In this document: positions 25,201 to 37,587 of the stretch, piece after piece
How the letters are laid out: each line of letters begins with the position of its first letter
Numbering within the stretch: the stretch's first letter is position 1
Origin: Diadema antillarum
Lineage: Eukaryota
DNA length: 64,000 nucleotides
NCBI RefSeq assembly: GCF_040938485.1
Contig: NW_027270912.1
Location: 620,001-684,000 of the forward strand
Direction: 5' to 3'
The notes under the pieces: generated by a model
Database searches by the model: none
The model's input: the letters and a program-made list of their open reading frames with translations, nothing else
What the model was told of the DNA's origin: nothing
Translations under genes and position numbers: made by a program

Positions 25201-28200
25201 TCTCGACCTTTTCACGTTTGACAAGATGAGATCCAAGTTCTTGTCTTCTGGAATTCTCGGGTCCAAGAAGACAAAATGGAGAGGTACAATTACAAGATCT
25301 CATCTACACGTCTTCTCAGACCCAAGAATTTTGAGAAGACAAGAAGACGAGATCTTGGATCTCGCCTATATGGATCCGATAAGGTTGAGAGGGATAGGAG
25401 TTATCTTGTCTTCTCAATGGCACTTAAGGAATGTGAGTGTGAGGCAATCTTTGGTTTCCAGATTTCCCTTCCTCCTCCTTGCCCTGTCCAAGTCTGGTAT
25501 GATGCTGGCCTGTTAGAAGGCTTTTGTCAGATATGTGCATAGATGTGATGAATGCCTTTCTATATATGTGGGTACATTTTCTTGTCAGGCAGAGCTCTGT
25601 GGCGACTTACTGGAGTCTTCTAGCCACCTTAACCTCATTAAATTGCAAATCACGTCAAAGACAGAAAATAGTACATGTAGTTGGTTTAGACTGATTTTGA
25701 TATCTGACTTCAAATTTGAATTTCATCCTCAACTGTTTCCAGCTTACACAAGTATATGGTTCCTTTTATCATGGGTGGCCACATCTGGGCACATGAAATT
25801 ACATAAAACAGAACTTACTCCAGAACAGTGAGTTGATGGCATATGCAGAAACCAGCTGCAGCTTTGCTTTATCAAGCACATCCATCTGTGATCAAGTACA
25901 ATGTACGTGAGAATTGACGATAAACTTCATATTACAGCAAGTCAAATGGGAATTGACAAAACAAATCAACAAATAAAACTGCATAAAGTCATAAATCTTT
26001 AATGTAAGGCAGAAGTAGGCATGGTGTTACATAACACAAATACCTACAGTGAATCATAGCAACTGTTCAAACTGCTCAGCATAGCAATAGCCCTCTGCTG
26101 ATTGTTTATTTCAATCACATTTACACTTCACCACATCACAAGATGGTCAGGTTTTCTAGGTCATTTTTCTTTTTTCTCCAAGGCAATATCAATAATCCCT
26201 TGCAAAACTAGTAAAAGCCTAGAACTTTGGACGGTCTAAAGGATATAAAATCAGACTACATTGTATGCTTGAGGGGATGCATGATCAGCCACAATGCACA
26301 AGTTGTAGTTGTATGTACATTATGTACAATGTAGCAGAACAAACCTAAGACACAAGCTGAAGTGAATCATTGTCATTCGTTGGAGTATGAAACACGTAAG
26401 CTTTACTGTATGTGTGCACTGCCTGTAAACTACTTATATCTTTAAGTTTGTCCTTGTGCGCTTGCTATCGTTACACACTATCAAATCATCTCACCACAGA
26501 CAACATACACAACTAGTATTAATTGTAGCATGACTTAAAAAATAAAGTAGTATCTAATATTCATACCACATGCCACACTGCCATGCCCACATTGTGCAGT
26601 ATTCATAAGCGCATACACTGTCAGGCAATCGTGCACTTTACGGCCCTATTTTATTGGTGCGAGATTATACCCCAATCGAGCAGTGCGTGTGGATTAGAGT
26701 ACCTATCAGGCACCGCAGGTTCCACAGCATGTGTTCCGGTACTGTACTGTGTGCATGTGTGTGATATTTCACGTTGGGATGCAATGTGTGTATGTGTCAA
26801 CGTGAGTGTGCATAATGAAAGCACTTAATATGGTATGCCACATGGTTGCTCTATCGCCCTTCCCTGCGTGGCGTAATTGAGCAGAGACAAACAGGGTTTT
26901 CTGCATATTGGCACACAATGGAACACAGAACACAAGCAGTGGAAAACTTTCATCCTTCTTTCATGATATTAAATGAATGGATGGTGCATTATATCTCAAG
27001 CAGATCACCAATTAACCCATTGCAGAGGACATAATCACATATATCCACTGTCTTGGCGAAATTATTCTGTGAAATAATGAAAATGTTTACATCGTCTACA
27101 CAGTAACCGATTTACGGGCAGTCACAACAAGGACACACACACACACAAGCCTTGCCCGCGTGGCGTGGGTGATTTGCGCGATTTGTGATGGGGTTAGAAT
27201 GGATGAAGGAGCGGGATAAAAATGTATTCACTGTTGTGGCTAGCTAGGACGTTCAAAAAAGGAAGCTATTGTATTGCAGACTTACTGCCAACTTTCTCAC
27301 ACTTTCCTGCAGTGGAGAGCATTGGCAAAGGCATGTGATATCACACACGGTGTTCCTAAGTGTTTACTGTGTGATCGATGTGTCAGAAGCGCAGTGAGGT
27401 AGGCTTTAATGAACTTAGCACTCGTCAAACAGCATTCCATACAGCAAGAGAAGCTCGCCAGCTGCTCAGTGCGTGGTGGTTCATGGGATATCAGTCCCTC
27501 ACCTAACTGCGACCAGCCCCAACGCATAGCGTCGGGGTTGAGCATTGTAGGATTTTGGATCTGGAAAGGCGTAGTATCGCGGTTAAATTTAACCTTATAT
27601 AGTAAAAATGTGTCAATTTGAATACTTACCGATGTATTCCAATTATTGACAAGAGAATACGCGGACATTATAGTCCGTTAATATTCCATTTCTGTCTAAA
27701 TTGATGACTTTAAATGATTCAGTCAGCAGGGAACTCCGAGATCGACAACTGCTCACGAAGACGGGATTTGAAACCTCTGCGCTTGCAGGAGTCGGTAGCA
27801 CTGTAGCCTTTTTGACCAGGCACTCTTGCTGCATGACATCGTGTGGCGCCCGATGGTGTGGGCGTTTCACTCAAACCCTGTCGCCCGCCACTACACTGCG
27901 CGCAGCGAAAGGGCCTGGTCCAAAGGCTAAAATCATTGCGACTCTCATGCCTTATTCATATCGCCAATCGCCAATGCGTAAAGTGCCACGCAAGGTTGCA
28001 TTGAAAGCCAAAGAATGAACGGGAGGTACATCTACATGGGATAAATGTGGAAATTAACAAGGGAACGAATTGTATGAATAAGGTAAAAAATGTACGCACA
28101 TTATAAAAGTAAGCCTTTTGCTGGTAAATTACGAAACTTATAGTTACGCAAAAATTTGTGTTGCTTTTCCAACTTACACTTACAGAAATACTATAGCACT

Positions 28201-29184
28201 CTTTTTACTTGGGGCGCTCCCACAGTATAACTGTGTACAAGGAGCGCCCCGGGGTTACTATCTATGTTATCGACTATAGTATCCCTCACCTTCCCTTGGC
28301 CTTGGCGTATGAGGAATGAGGTACCAATAATCTTGGGCCGTAAAGTGCACGATTATCCACTGCCATATCCTTGCACACCACCACCATACACGCCCACTAA
28401 ATTTACAAATGGTAAAACCTTCACATCACACTGTGCAATGTCAATGGGACGAGGACCGGACAAACACAGGCGCAGGCACAGCACTTCCACTCCGGCATTC
28501 TGACCACAGTCCGTCTCCAGTTGCAGTCACACTCACAGCCAGTCAGTGTTACAGTCTTGATTGAAGACAGTTGAATATCCAGGAATACACAGAGTGATGA
28601 ATGGGCCAAATCGTGATATCGGTCCCCAGTCCCTTCTTGTTCTGTGTGTGCGTCTTAACCGTAAAATTTCACGTCTTCACCATGTAATGTGCAAAGTCTA
28701 TGGTCGTATGGAGGTTGAATTTGAAAGCATGTTGATGTAGTCACCGGCTATGATAAACTTATGACGAAATGAATGGCGGTGAATGGAGTGGTGGACTATT
28801 TCACGATAATGCCAATGAATGTAAGAACCTTGAGATCTACTCCATAGGCCTATAAATGTACATACATGTATTGTAGACAGCAGGTTGCTGAAAACTGATT
28901 CACTCAGCACGAGGTTGATGAGCATGAGCGCATGAGCTACATAAAAGTACTGAGGTGCCTCCTAACGTGAATCTCCATACATGGGACCAGTCTAAAGAAT
29001 GAATCGAGTAGACAGGCACGGCACGGAAGCGTGGAACTTTCACATCTCCGTTTCTACTATAACTTACCTTCCTGTGTATATCTGCAAGACTAACTGAAAA
29101 CAGAGATTCAAATGTTTCTTCTACATCATGCAGAGACGATTTGAAGACCTCCAAACTTTTGCTTATTTCCTTGGGAGCCTCCAT
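21155..29184 (-). CDS. C1D: Nuclear nucleic acid-binding protein C1D (Rrp47 family, exosome cofactor), complete, 142 aa. Exons 29184-29068, 25885-25819, 24850-24795, 23327-23273, 22111-22043, 21219-21155
   Basis: The spliced translation MEAPKEISKSLEVFKSSLHDVEETFESLFSVSLADIHRK-MDVLDKAKLQLVSAYAINSLFWM-YLCTQGVDPRQHPIKQEL-RRIQEYMGKVKEITDKKK-AAKLDKDAAKRFVRNALWENEEE-AKSSPAKRKAEDSPGPSKKSR* matches the C1D pattern (AKxxLVSAYxxNSxFW, YLxTQGVxPxxHPxKQEL, RFVxNALW). Exons total 429 nt with consistent phases. Confidence 0.95.
21675..21885. mobile_element. Tc1/mariner-like MITE (TA-flanked) in the last C1D intron
   Basis: Ends are tactgtaaaac and gttttacagta, with internal ttcgcga/cgcgaaaa motifs. Related degenerate copies lie near 20030-20245, 55500-55715 and 59323-59545. 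Confidence 0.7.
22210..22273. repeat. (CA)n microsatellite; (TG)n on the C1D sense strand ~100 nt upstream of the exon 5 acceptor
   Basis: Direct reading. Other (CA)n tracts lie at 29562-29594, 30516-30585 and 62487-62537. Confidence 0.95.
22390..22750. mobile_element. MITE (PIF/Harbinger-like TIR) in C1D intron 4
   Basis: TIRs are cctgcgttcacattggtccccgtgacgcgggga and tccccgcatcgtggggaccaatgtgaacgcggg. Confidence 0.75.
23510..23770 (+). mobile_element. Degraded LINE ORF1 fragment (coiled coil + RRM) in C1D intron 3
   Basis: With a frameshift it reads ..LNEVNKEIDNV..H*KCLVIHSLPKNQNERTNAILSQFAKKELGIGLYTKDIDTA(H)RL, similar to the CR1/L2-type ORF1 RRM pattern RRNCLxIxGIPE..LGI..xDIDRxHRL. Confidence 0.6.
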
Positions 29185-29199
29185 GTCGACATCGTTTGT

Positions 29200-29391
29200 C
29201 CACGTCGCGTCAGCGCTGGTTGATCGTGCGTGCGTACCGCGTGAAGAGTTCTGTGGTGAGATGTCGATCGAAATCCTCCGCAAAGCGCAAGCGCTCGTCG
29301 CTGCATCGCATGCTTGGCTTAGATCGCATCGCGATTGCATCGCGAGCAATCGCGATCGCATGAGGAACGAATGAATCTGAATTTTAGAGGA

Positions 29392-29434
<43 letters not shown>
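29200..29434 (-). promoter_or_regulatory. Probable C1D promoter/5' UTR: CpG-rich island with a triple TCGCGA palindrome, bounded by a poly(dA) tract
   Basis: CpG-dense stretch immediately upstream of the C1D ATG. TCGCGA occurs at 29329, 29340 and 29350, and an A-run at 29394-29433. Confidence 0.55.
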
Positions 29435-29436
<2 letters not shown>

Positions 29437-29556
29437 CATTTTTTTTTTTTAAAATTGTGTCCCACCTAATAACTTTGGTAGTTGCCGCACTTGTTGAGGA
29501 TTATTGTTGGCTTATCGCTGAATTGCATACTATTGAGTACTTTAAATACGGAATGT

Positions 29557-29596
<40 letters not shown>

Positions 29597-32310
29597 TAAA
29601 AAAAAAAACTGGTACATTCAAACAGCTTGTACTGGTTTTATTTTTCTGTCACTCGCATTGCTTCATTTCTTGAAAATTATGCTACAATCTCTCAATTCAA
29701 AATTTCCAGACAGGTTCATTGGTTTGAGCAAGGAGGTTCAAGGGATGGAGTTACAACAGTGTCATTTTCTTTGATTCCATGTTTGATGCCGCCACAAAGA
29801 AATATTTGAAGTATGTGCTAAACTGGAGCTGCCTCACAGATAGGATGACAATTGATTTATGCGGCATTGCATCATGACTCATCACTCTCAATGGAAGATA
29901 TGTCTTCATGATGATAATTAATTTTCGCTGTCCCTTCTTATGAAACATGAGCGGTACATAGGGTACAGACAAAGGGGTGTGCGAATAAAAATTCCACAAA
30001 AATTGACGAATTAAGAATTAAAATTACCCGACTCTACATGTTTTTTTACACTAATCTAACATTATGAATTAATAAAGAACTACACTTGAAGATTATACCA
30101 TATCAGTTTCATTTGTCGGAAGTGATCGTAAAGATGACGAAATCGACTTTCCAGTAAGGGTGCAGTTCAAAATTCACATTTTCACAACGTACGGCTCAGA
30201 TTTACACTTTTTGACATAATTCTGGACAGGAGTTACTTTCTTTATCATAATTATGCCTTATCATTAGCTGAAATTTAATTTCCTTTAATACAAAAACAAA
30301 CAAAATATAGCCAACATTATGTTAGCGTTCCAAATGAATCATTTCTTTGCTCGGAAAGACGGCGGCATCGAACCCCGATCATCAAAGTCACAAATGCACC
30401 TGTGGAATTCTTTTGTATACGTCAAAAGAAAACTGACAGCTGTTTGAATGTTTACAGCCAGTTGGAACTTCATTTCTCAAACCTCCTTGGTTTGAGTAAA
30501 ATCAGTTCGTTGTTTACACGCACGCGGACACACACACGCGCACACACACACGCACACACACACACACACACATACACACACACACAGTACACAGACAACT
30601 TACAAATACATACACACACAAATAGAAATGATTTTGTATATAAAAATATATATATATTGTAGGCCTATGATAGGCCTATATCTCTTATTGGTTTCGAAGG
30701 CCAATATTATTCAAGTTGCTTAACTTGGTTATGATTAATAGTATTCCAGTTTTTATAGCATTTTTTCAAAGTGAATCAACTGATAAATTGTCCAGTTCTG
30801 ACCAGTGGAATCCAATTGGTATGAATATGCCCAGTTTGGTCCTTTTTGTCCTAACTGGAGTCAACTCATGTACTGGTTTGCTTTTCAGTGTGCCTGTTCA
30901 TTCCATTGTTTTCAAGTCGAATCAACTATGATATATAGGTAGGCCTAATTTACGTCCAGTCGATTCCAACTGGTATCAAAGGGCACTATTGTTTCTATTT
31001 GGAATCAACAGGTTGATGTACCGTTTTATATCATCGCCGGCAAGAAAGTGAAGTATATCTGCAAGTGTGTCAAGAATAGTCCTTTCTACTGGTATATGAT
31101 TGGCCAGCTCTTATCTAAACATTAGTTTCAATTAAAATAAGTGATATTAGGCTTATATTTTAGACGTGTCAGTTAATTCAAATTGTTTTAGCGGGATTTC
31201 TTAGACTGTAAATCTGCCACCGTGTTTCCAAATGACAGGCCTATAGAATTACTCAATCTGTTCAATTTGTTTCACCTGGAATTAACTGGTATATTTCACG
31301 GCTTGCCAGTTCATTCCATTCGTTTCAGCCAGAATGGTGTCGAATCAGTATAATAGGCTTATGTTAACTTTCAGTTATCCAGCCCAACGGACCGGCGTAT
31401 GATATAGTAGCTGCATGGGTGCAATGGATTCAACCGAGACCAATAATGATACCAGTTAAAATTTCCTTGGTGGTATAAATGTTTCCCGACCCGAATATTG
31501 ATGTAACATAAACATTTGAAAAATGATGGTCAATAATAAAGTGGACGGTAAAAGTGACTTTGATACACTAAGTCTATATACATACATGTCTATTTTTTTT
31601 TTTCTGGTTAAACAACGTAACGTACTGGTTGAATAATTTATGAAAAGTGGCCGTCATATTGATAGTGGTCATAAATAAAGAACATTTTGTTCATAAATTC
31701 GCCATATTTTGACTCCATATCTCTGTAGTTTAAGACGATTAACGACTGCTGTTACGATCGCACCTACAGGAATTCGAATATTGACGTAAGACACATTTAC
31801 GTCATGAATATGAAAAAAGATGTAAATGATTTCCATGAAAATCACTTCATTTTGAGGACATAAAAACAACGTGAAATGTGTGAAATAAAGTTGTCCTTAT
31901 TACCTCATGACTTGTAGGGCCTAAGGGCTAATATAGTCCATGTGATAATAATTATGGTCAACCAGTCTGACGCTCAAATGATTATCATGCAATCGAAAGG
32001 ACAAAAGAATGGGAAATCTTTTTGAATTGTCTTAGTCAGAGGTTATTAATTGGTGAAGCTATTAACGTAGATCTCCCATATTTCATATTGATCATGAAAA
32101 TAATGCAATTATGCAAGGACGTCTATACTAGGCCTATACGACATAAAATTGTCACCTTTTGACTTATGAAAAGTCTTTGACTTGCTGGGCATCGTCATTT
32201 TTATGTATTTCACGTCAATTTTTTAACACTTAGAAATTGAGCACTGTAAAAATATAGGTCGGTGGACAAATATTTGACATAATTCCCAAAATAAACGTTG
32301 TAGTTAACAT

Positions 32311-32426
32311 TAGGGCGTTTTCACATCAGCCCGATAAAAATCCAAGCTCGAGATATTTTTTTTTAATTTCCCAAGTCAGAAAATAGCGCGCTATTTCGAA
32401 ACATCGGGCTGATGTGAAAACGCCTA
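32311..32426. mobile_element. Short MITE (Harbinger-like TIR)
   Basis: TIRs are ggcgttttcacatcagcccgat and atcgggctgatgtgaaaacgcc. Confidence 0.7.
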
Positions 32427-33075
32427 TTGCGTCACCACCGGAGACGTGTCCAGAGAACTCTGACGAATACGTGTACAAAATTGTACTGGATATGTATGGA
32501 TAGCCAAATGTCCCACAATCGAAAAACTCGGTTAATCGTCCGATACACTTAGTTTATCGCCCCCCCCCCCCCCCCCCCCACAGAAGACCTGAATCGCTTA
32601 AAAGCTATAAAGTCTATCGATAAACTATGTCTGTCAAGTGAAAACTAAGTTTATCGAGCGAAAACTTTGCTTATCCTAATGAACTTAGTTCAACAACCAG
32701 CAAACTCAGTTTCTCGCGAAAAACAGAGAATTTTTTTTTCGACGATCTAAGTTCATCAAGTGATTAATTTTGTTCATGAAGCAATAACCAGGGTTTTTCA
32801 GTAAACTCTGTTTGCAAGCAATAAGCCGAGATTTTATCGAGCGATAAACTAAGTTTTTTTTTTACCTGGAAAAAAATGAGTTTTTGTATTGACAAAACTA
32901 TGCTCACTGAGCCATAAACTAAGTTTATTGCAAGATAAAAAGAGTTTATCGATAAAGCGACTTAGTTTTTCACTCGATAAATGATAGTGTTTTCAATACC
33001 ATATTAAAACTAACAAAATATTAAACCAAAAATCTAATCATTCTAAAGTCCGTTTATTAAGTAGTAACTAAGTTT

Positions 33076-33265
33076 ACTCTGTTATCAAGTGCAAAATTAA
33101 GTTTATCAATAACTCTGTTATCAAGTGCAAAATTAAGTTTATCAATAAACTCTGTTATCAAGTGCAAATTAAGTTTATCAATAAACTCTGTTATCAAGTG
33201 CAAAATTACGTTTATCAATAAACTCTGTTATCAAGTGCAAAATTAAGTTTATCAATAAACTCTGT
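33076..33265. repeat. 37-bp minisatellite, ~5 copies
   Basis: Unit actctgttatcaagtgcaaaattaagtttatcaataa, head-to-tail with single-base indels. Confidence 0.95.
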
Positions 33266-34424
33266 TTGTAATAACTAAGCTAACAGAATAGGAAACTCTG
33301 TTAATCAATTGGAAAACAAAGTTATTCGTGATAATCTAACTGAAAGTTAAGTTCTTTTTGTTTAATAAAATGTGTTATTTCGATTCATCATCCATGATCG
33401 ATTACAAATGGAACTTTCTGTAACAGCTGAAACATTTATAGTATACAAAATGCAACTGTCATTGTGTCAAATGATAATTATCATACGTTACAATAACATA
33501 TATCAATAAATGCATCCATCATCAAGGCAATAATTATTAAACAATGGAATCAAGATAATTAATAAGGGGTCAAACAATAAGCGTATACATGTATGAACTA
33601 TGCATTCAATACCTATGCATAGGTGTACATATTCAATGTCTGTACATAATCCATGCCTATATTTAAAACGTTGTTACCCTCGATCGCTCACTCCGGCTAT
33701 TAAACATTTCCACTCTGGGCACACCACATCAGGTTTACCTCATTCAAGCACAAATGCACAAGCACACAGACAAACACACAGAGCCTGTTCACCATGAACA
33801 CAAATAACCACACATAATCATGCAATGTAAATGGTATAGCTATAGATGTACAGTATAGACTTAAAAGCAACGTGTTAATATCCACAAAAAATTGGTTCCA
33901 TTTCTTGCTGTTCGCTGTTGATGTTCCTGCTTTACTTCGTTTCATTGTGAATTTCTCGAATTTCCGACATTCTTTCCTATACTTCCTTTATCAATTGGGG
34001 CCTGCTCTTTGCAGGGCAGGAAAATACACCATCATTGAGTTCCTCAATAATATCAATCAAATGGTTTATGAGTTGCCCCTTTTCCGATATCTGTATTTTA
34101 GTATACATACATGAACAGATTGCCAATTTGTATTTGCATGGTACCTGGGCTAAAACAAACACTTCACTGCATAATTTCGAAAGATTATTAACTTTTTTGA
34201 AATGAAAAAAAAAATACCCAAATGTTCATAGGTCTCAACCTTAGAGTGACAAAACGCATATTCATTGTTTCCTGTTAAACCCAAAAAGAAATAACTTTCC
34301 CTTAAGTATCAAACCATACAACATTTGATATTGAAATTCACGTAACTTGCAACGAGAGAAGACATCCTCGAGGCGTATGAAATCCAATCTAATACATGTA
34401 TCTCTTTCCTGAAAATCCTATGAT

Positions 34425-34673
34425 AGAGTTTGTTCGCAAAAACCGATAAGTCCATATTTGCCAAATGGAGATATTTGCGATTAGGGCCTAAGGTCAAGAA
34501 AAATAGAGAGAATACTAAGAAAATTTTTGCTTCTTTTGACCATAACTTCAAAAATGTACCTTTATATGTAATGACCAATATATCATTCAAAAGGCATTAT
34601 TTTGTACTTTATGACAGAGACCGTAATTCAAAATCTTCAAAAATGGACTTATCGGTTTTTGCAAACAAACTCT
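34425..34673. mobile_element. MITE
   Basis: TIRs are agagtttgttcgcaaaaaccgataagtccat and atggacttatcggtttttgcaaacaaactct. Confidence 0.75.
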
Positions 34674-35259
34674 TCAATACCGGTATGTCAACTAAATTAT
34701 TAAATGCTGTTGATGTTTTAATTTGTCAATTCATCCCTCATCAATGCTTTATAGATAAGTTTTGATATACATTGTATCCCATCCTTTGTATGATGTACCT
34801 GTATCTCATTCTGCAAATAAATTCATTTTATTACGTACATGTACTGCTAACTGTATCCTCCATGATTTAATATTTACACACTGGTATTCCGCACCCTTCC
34901 TCGCCCTTTATAGAGCATTTGGCTTGCCATACATGTAAATGGATGCACTTGACATGCAGTTCCAGTGTACAGAGGATAAAGGATCGTCGTCGGAGACAGG
35001 ATGCGATGGTCTAACTGGGTCTAGACGTCTCTCGACTCGAACTCCGCAGCAGCAGATTCACTCTACGTACAAGTGCAGGTATAATGTGTGTACGTGTGGC
35101 AGCGAGGAGCACTCCGAATCAGATGTCCCATACTCAATCAAGCTACACAACTAGTGTAGTACAACTGAAGTCGAAATCTCGTGGTGTGTGGGCGTACTGA
35201 GATTTCGAGTTTATTTGTCTGATTGTTTCCCGGTGTCCAAAACTCTCTAAGTGTTTACG

Positions 35260-35634
35260 ACTTTTGTGACGGAGTGCCGGTTGGATTATAAAGTGTACAG
35301 TGCAGTGCATTATCGACATCATCACTACTACTGCACTACCCGTGCCGTGGGCTGTTCGTTCACCAGTCAGTCTACGCTACCGACACGACGTACGGTGTCA
35401 CTGTCAGTGTCAGTAAACTTGTCGTCACAACTGGTGGTCATTAATATACGGCAAGCAATCGAGCTAGTGCGTGGATGCCCAGCGAGTACTTGACGGTGAC
35501 AGGTAGACATCTATGATATTAACAACCATCCACTTTTTTCTTCTTTTTTTTTCAGCCTCGTCACTATATCGTGGTGCACGAGAACAGATATTTATTATAG
35601 GCAACCTAGAGAGTTCTATACCGGCACGTGACCG
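35260..35634 (+). promoter_or_regulatory. Probable promoter and non-coding 5' exons of the mucin-like gene
   Basis: CpG-rich stretch with candidate donor cag|gtagac (35502), acceptor tttttttcag (35555) and donor ccg|gtatta (35634), upstream of the coding-exon acceptor at 37582. Confidence 0.4.
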
Positions 35635-35934
35635 GTATTATTATTACTATTACTATAGGAAATAGGAAACTGCAGTGCTGGTACTATGAAACAGCTGATG
35701 CTGTACTGTCTGTAGTTTACATTCAACAAAGGAATCATGGTGTCTTTTACAAGCAGAAAACAAACTAAACTTACTGTTGATCATAAAATAGACTAAATAG
35801 TAATCACCTGGAACAACTTCACAGTTCAGGCTAATTAAAATTCTTGTGGAATGAAAGCCTGTTAGATGTCCCAAGACGGAAATCTATTTCTGTAAAGAAA
35901 TAAAGAAACATAGCTTGATGTTGCTTGAATTTCG

Positions 35935-36378
35935 TTAAAGGTGCATGGTCCCGGTGTTTAAGTCAAATGCATACGCGGGCGCACGGTGCAAGTTTCGTAT
36001 AGAGACCTACGCTGTCGACTCCTCTTTGGCGCTTATGCTTTGGCCCACTCCCCGAGTCCGAAGAAGTCCGATTCACTGTAGAAGCAAATCTAGTCAGTGG
36101 TCCGATCATAGTTCGGCTCATGATTCGGCTGAGGGGGAAGACAGCTTTAGCGAACTTCTTTTGTGATGTCATAATGAGAAGCACATATGCACACACCCTG
36201 GCATTACTACAGACTGCACGATGCGCAGAGAAGACAACGAAGGCAACGTTACTTAGCAACACCTATGCACTTTACTCTTGATGACAGCTTAACTCGGTAA
36301 TCTTCGTATCAATGCTAACGGTGATCAGCAGTATCATCAACAGCGCCCTCTACACTACTGGGACTATGCCCCTTTTAA
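35935..36378. mobile_element. TTAA-flanked MITE (Kolobok-like termini)
   Basis: Ends are ttaa-aggtgcatggtccc and gggactatgcccctt-ttaa. Confidence 0.65.
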
Positions 36379-36915
36379 AGTACACTATGTCCAGAGATTT
36401 GCGCCAGATCATAACTGCCAGTCCATACTGCAGTATGAGATGCGCTGCCTGCCTGCCAAAAAGAAAACTTACAAATTGTACAAATTCCGATGGAGACAAT
36501 TTCAAGGCAGTTGCAATGTGAATTCTACAGCACTGTTAGAAAGTCAGCAAAATACTCTTAGATTGTTAGTATTACACTTAATGAAGTTGTAAGATTTACA
36601 TTGCATTGTTGCATTGCGTAGCTGCTTCTTTGTATACGTGTAAGTGTTGGATAGTTGCTGAAATGAAATTATAGTGTGTTGCATCACTAAACAGTCATCT
36701 TTGGGCTTCTGCATGGTTGACTTCGTGGGTTTGTGGGGGGAAAAGTGAAAAAAAAGTGGTTTCAAAACAGACAGAAGTTTGATAATGCTTGTCTGATGTA
36801 CTCAAATGTTTGTTCATCTGTTCCTTATAACTTTTGTGTATTTTCACTCATCACAGATTTCCCAGCTATTTATGAATTTTCTTTTAAAAGTGTCTGGGAG
36901 TATACTAACAGTGTG

Positions 36916-37478
36916 TTAAAGGACAAGTTCACCTTCATAGACATGTGGGTTGAGTGAAATGCAGCAATATTAGTAGAACACAGTGAGATTTTGAGGAAAA
37001 TTGGACAATCCATTCAAAAGTTACGAATTTTTGAAGTTTCTGCACAATCTAGACTGGATGAAAAGACTACTGTAGCTTTTGATGTCACGTGTACAACGAT
37101 ATAAAGAAAGAATAAAGAAAATTCAACATATTTTCACTTTTCTCGCATAACAAATGAACACTTGACTTCTCTCTTTCAGAAGGCAGGGGGAATAATCTTA
37201 CCCTTAACATATGCCAGTAACAAGTTCAAGAAATGTGCACTTTATTCAAAAAGTGAAGTTATGTGAAATTCTCTTTTTGTTTTCTTTACATAGTTGTACG
37301 GATATGGCATCATTCACTGTAGTAGTCTTCTCATCTAGCAGTGACTGCCCAGATACTGTAAAAATTCGTAACTTTTGAACGGAATGTCTGATTTTCCCCA
37401 AACTTTCACTTATGTGTTCTACTAATATTACCGCATTCACTCAATCCACATGTATATGAAGGTGGACGTGTCCTTTAA
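36916..37478. mobile_element. TTAA-flanked palindromic MITE (Kolobok-like), family copy 1
   Basis: Ends are ttaa-aggacaagttcacc and ggtggacgtgtcct-ttaa, with long imperfect TIRs. A second copy in the opposite orientation lies at 53891-54458. Confidence 0.85.
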
Positions 37479-37587
37479 TTTCATGATCAAGAGTAAAAAA
37501 ACCCCTTGAAACAAAATAATACAAATGCATTTAAACCTTGTGATTTACTTGAAACTTGAAATTGTTTTCTTTGTACTTTTAGGGTAC

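Noticed and set aside
27297-27870. Possible decayed DNA-transposase C-terminus (..NPDAMRWGWSQL..CC..) in C1D intron 1
   Set aside because: The resemblance is limited to a WGW motif and scattered cysteines, too weak to call without a profile search.
28900-29439. 179-aa ORF / N-terminally extended C1D from upstream in-frame ATGs
   Set aside because: The upstream part is a poly-T run and CpG-rich promoter sequence with no C1D similarity. The ATG at 29184 gives a normal-length 142-aa protein.
33076-33265. CRISPR-like array of 37-bp repeats
   Set aside because: The units are directly adjacent with no unique spacers, the context is eukaryotic, and there are no cas genes.
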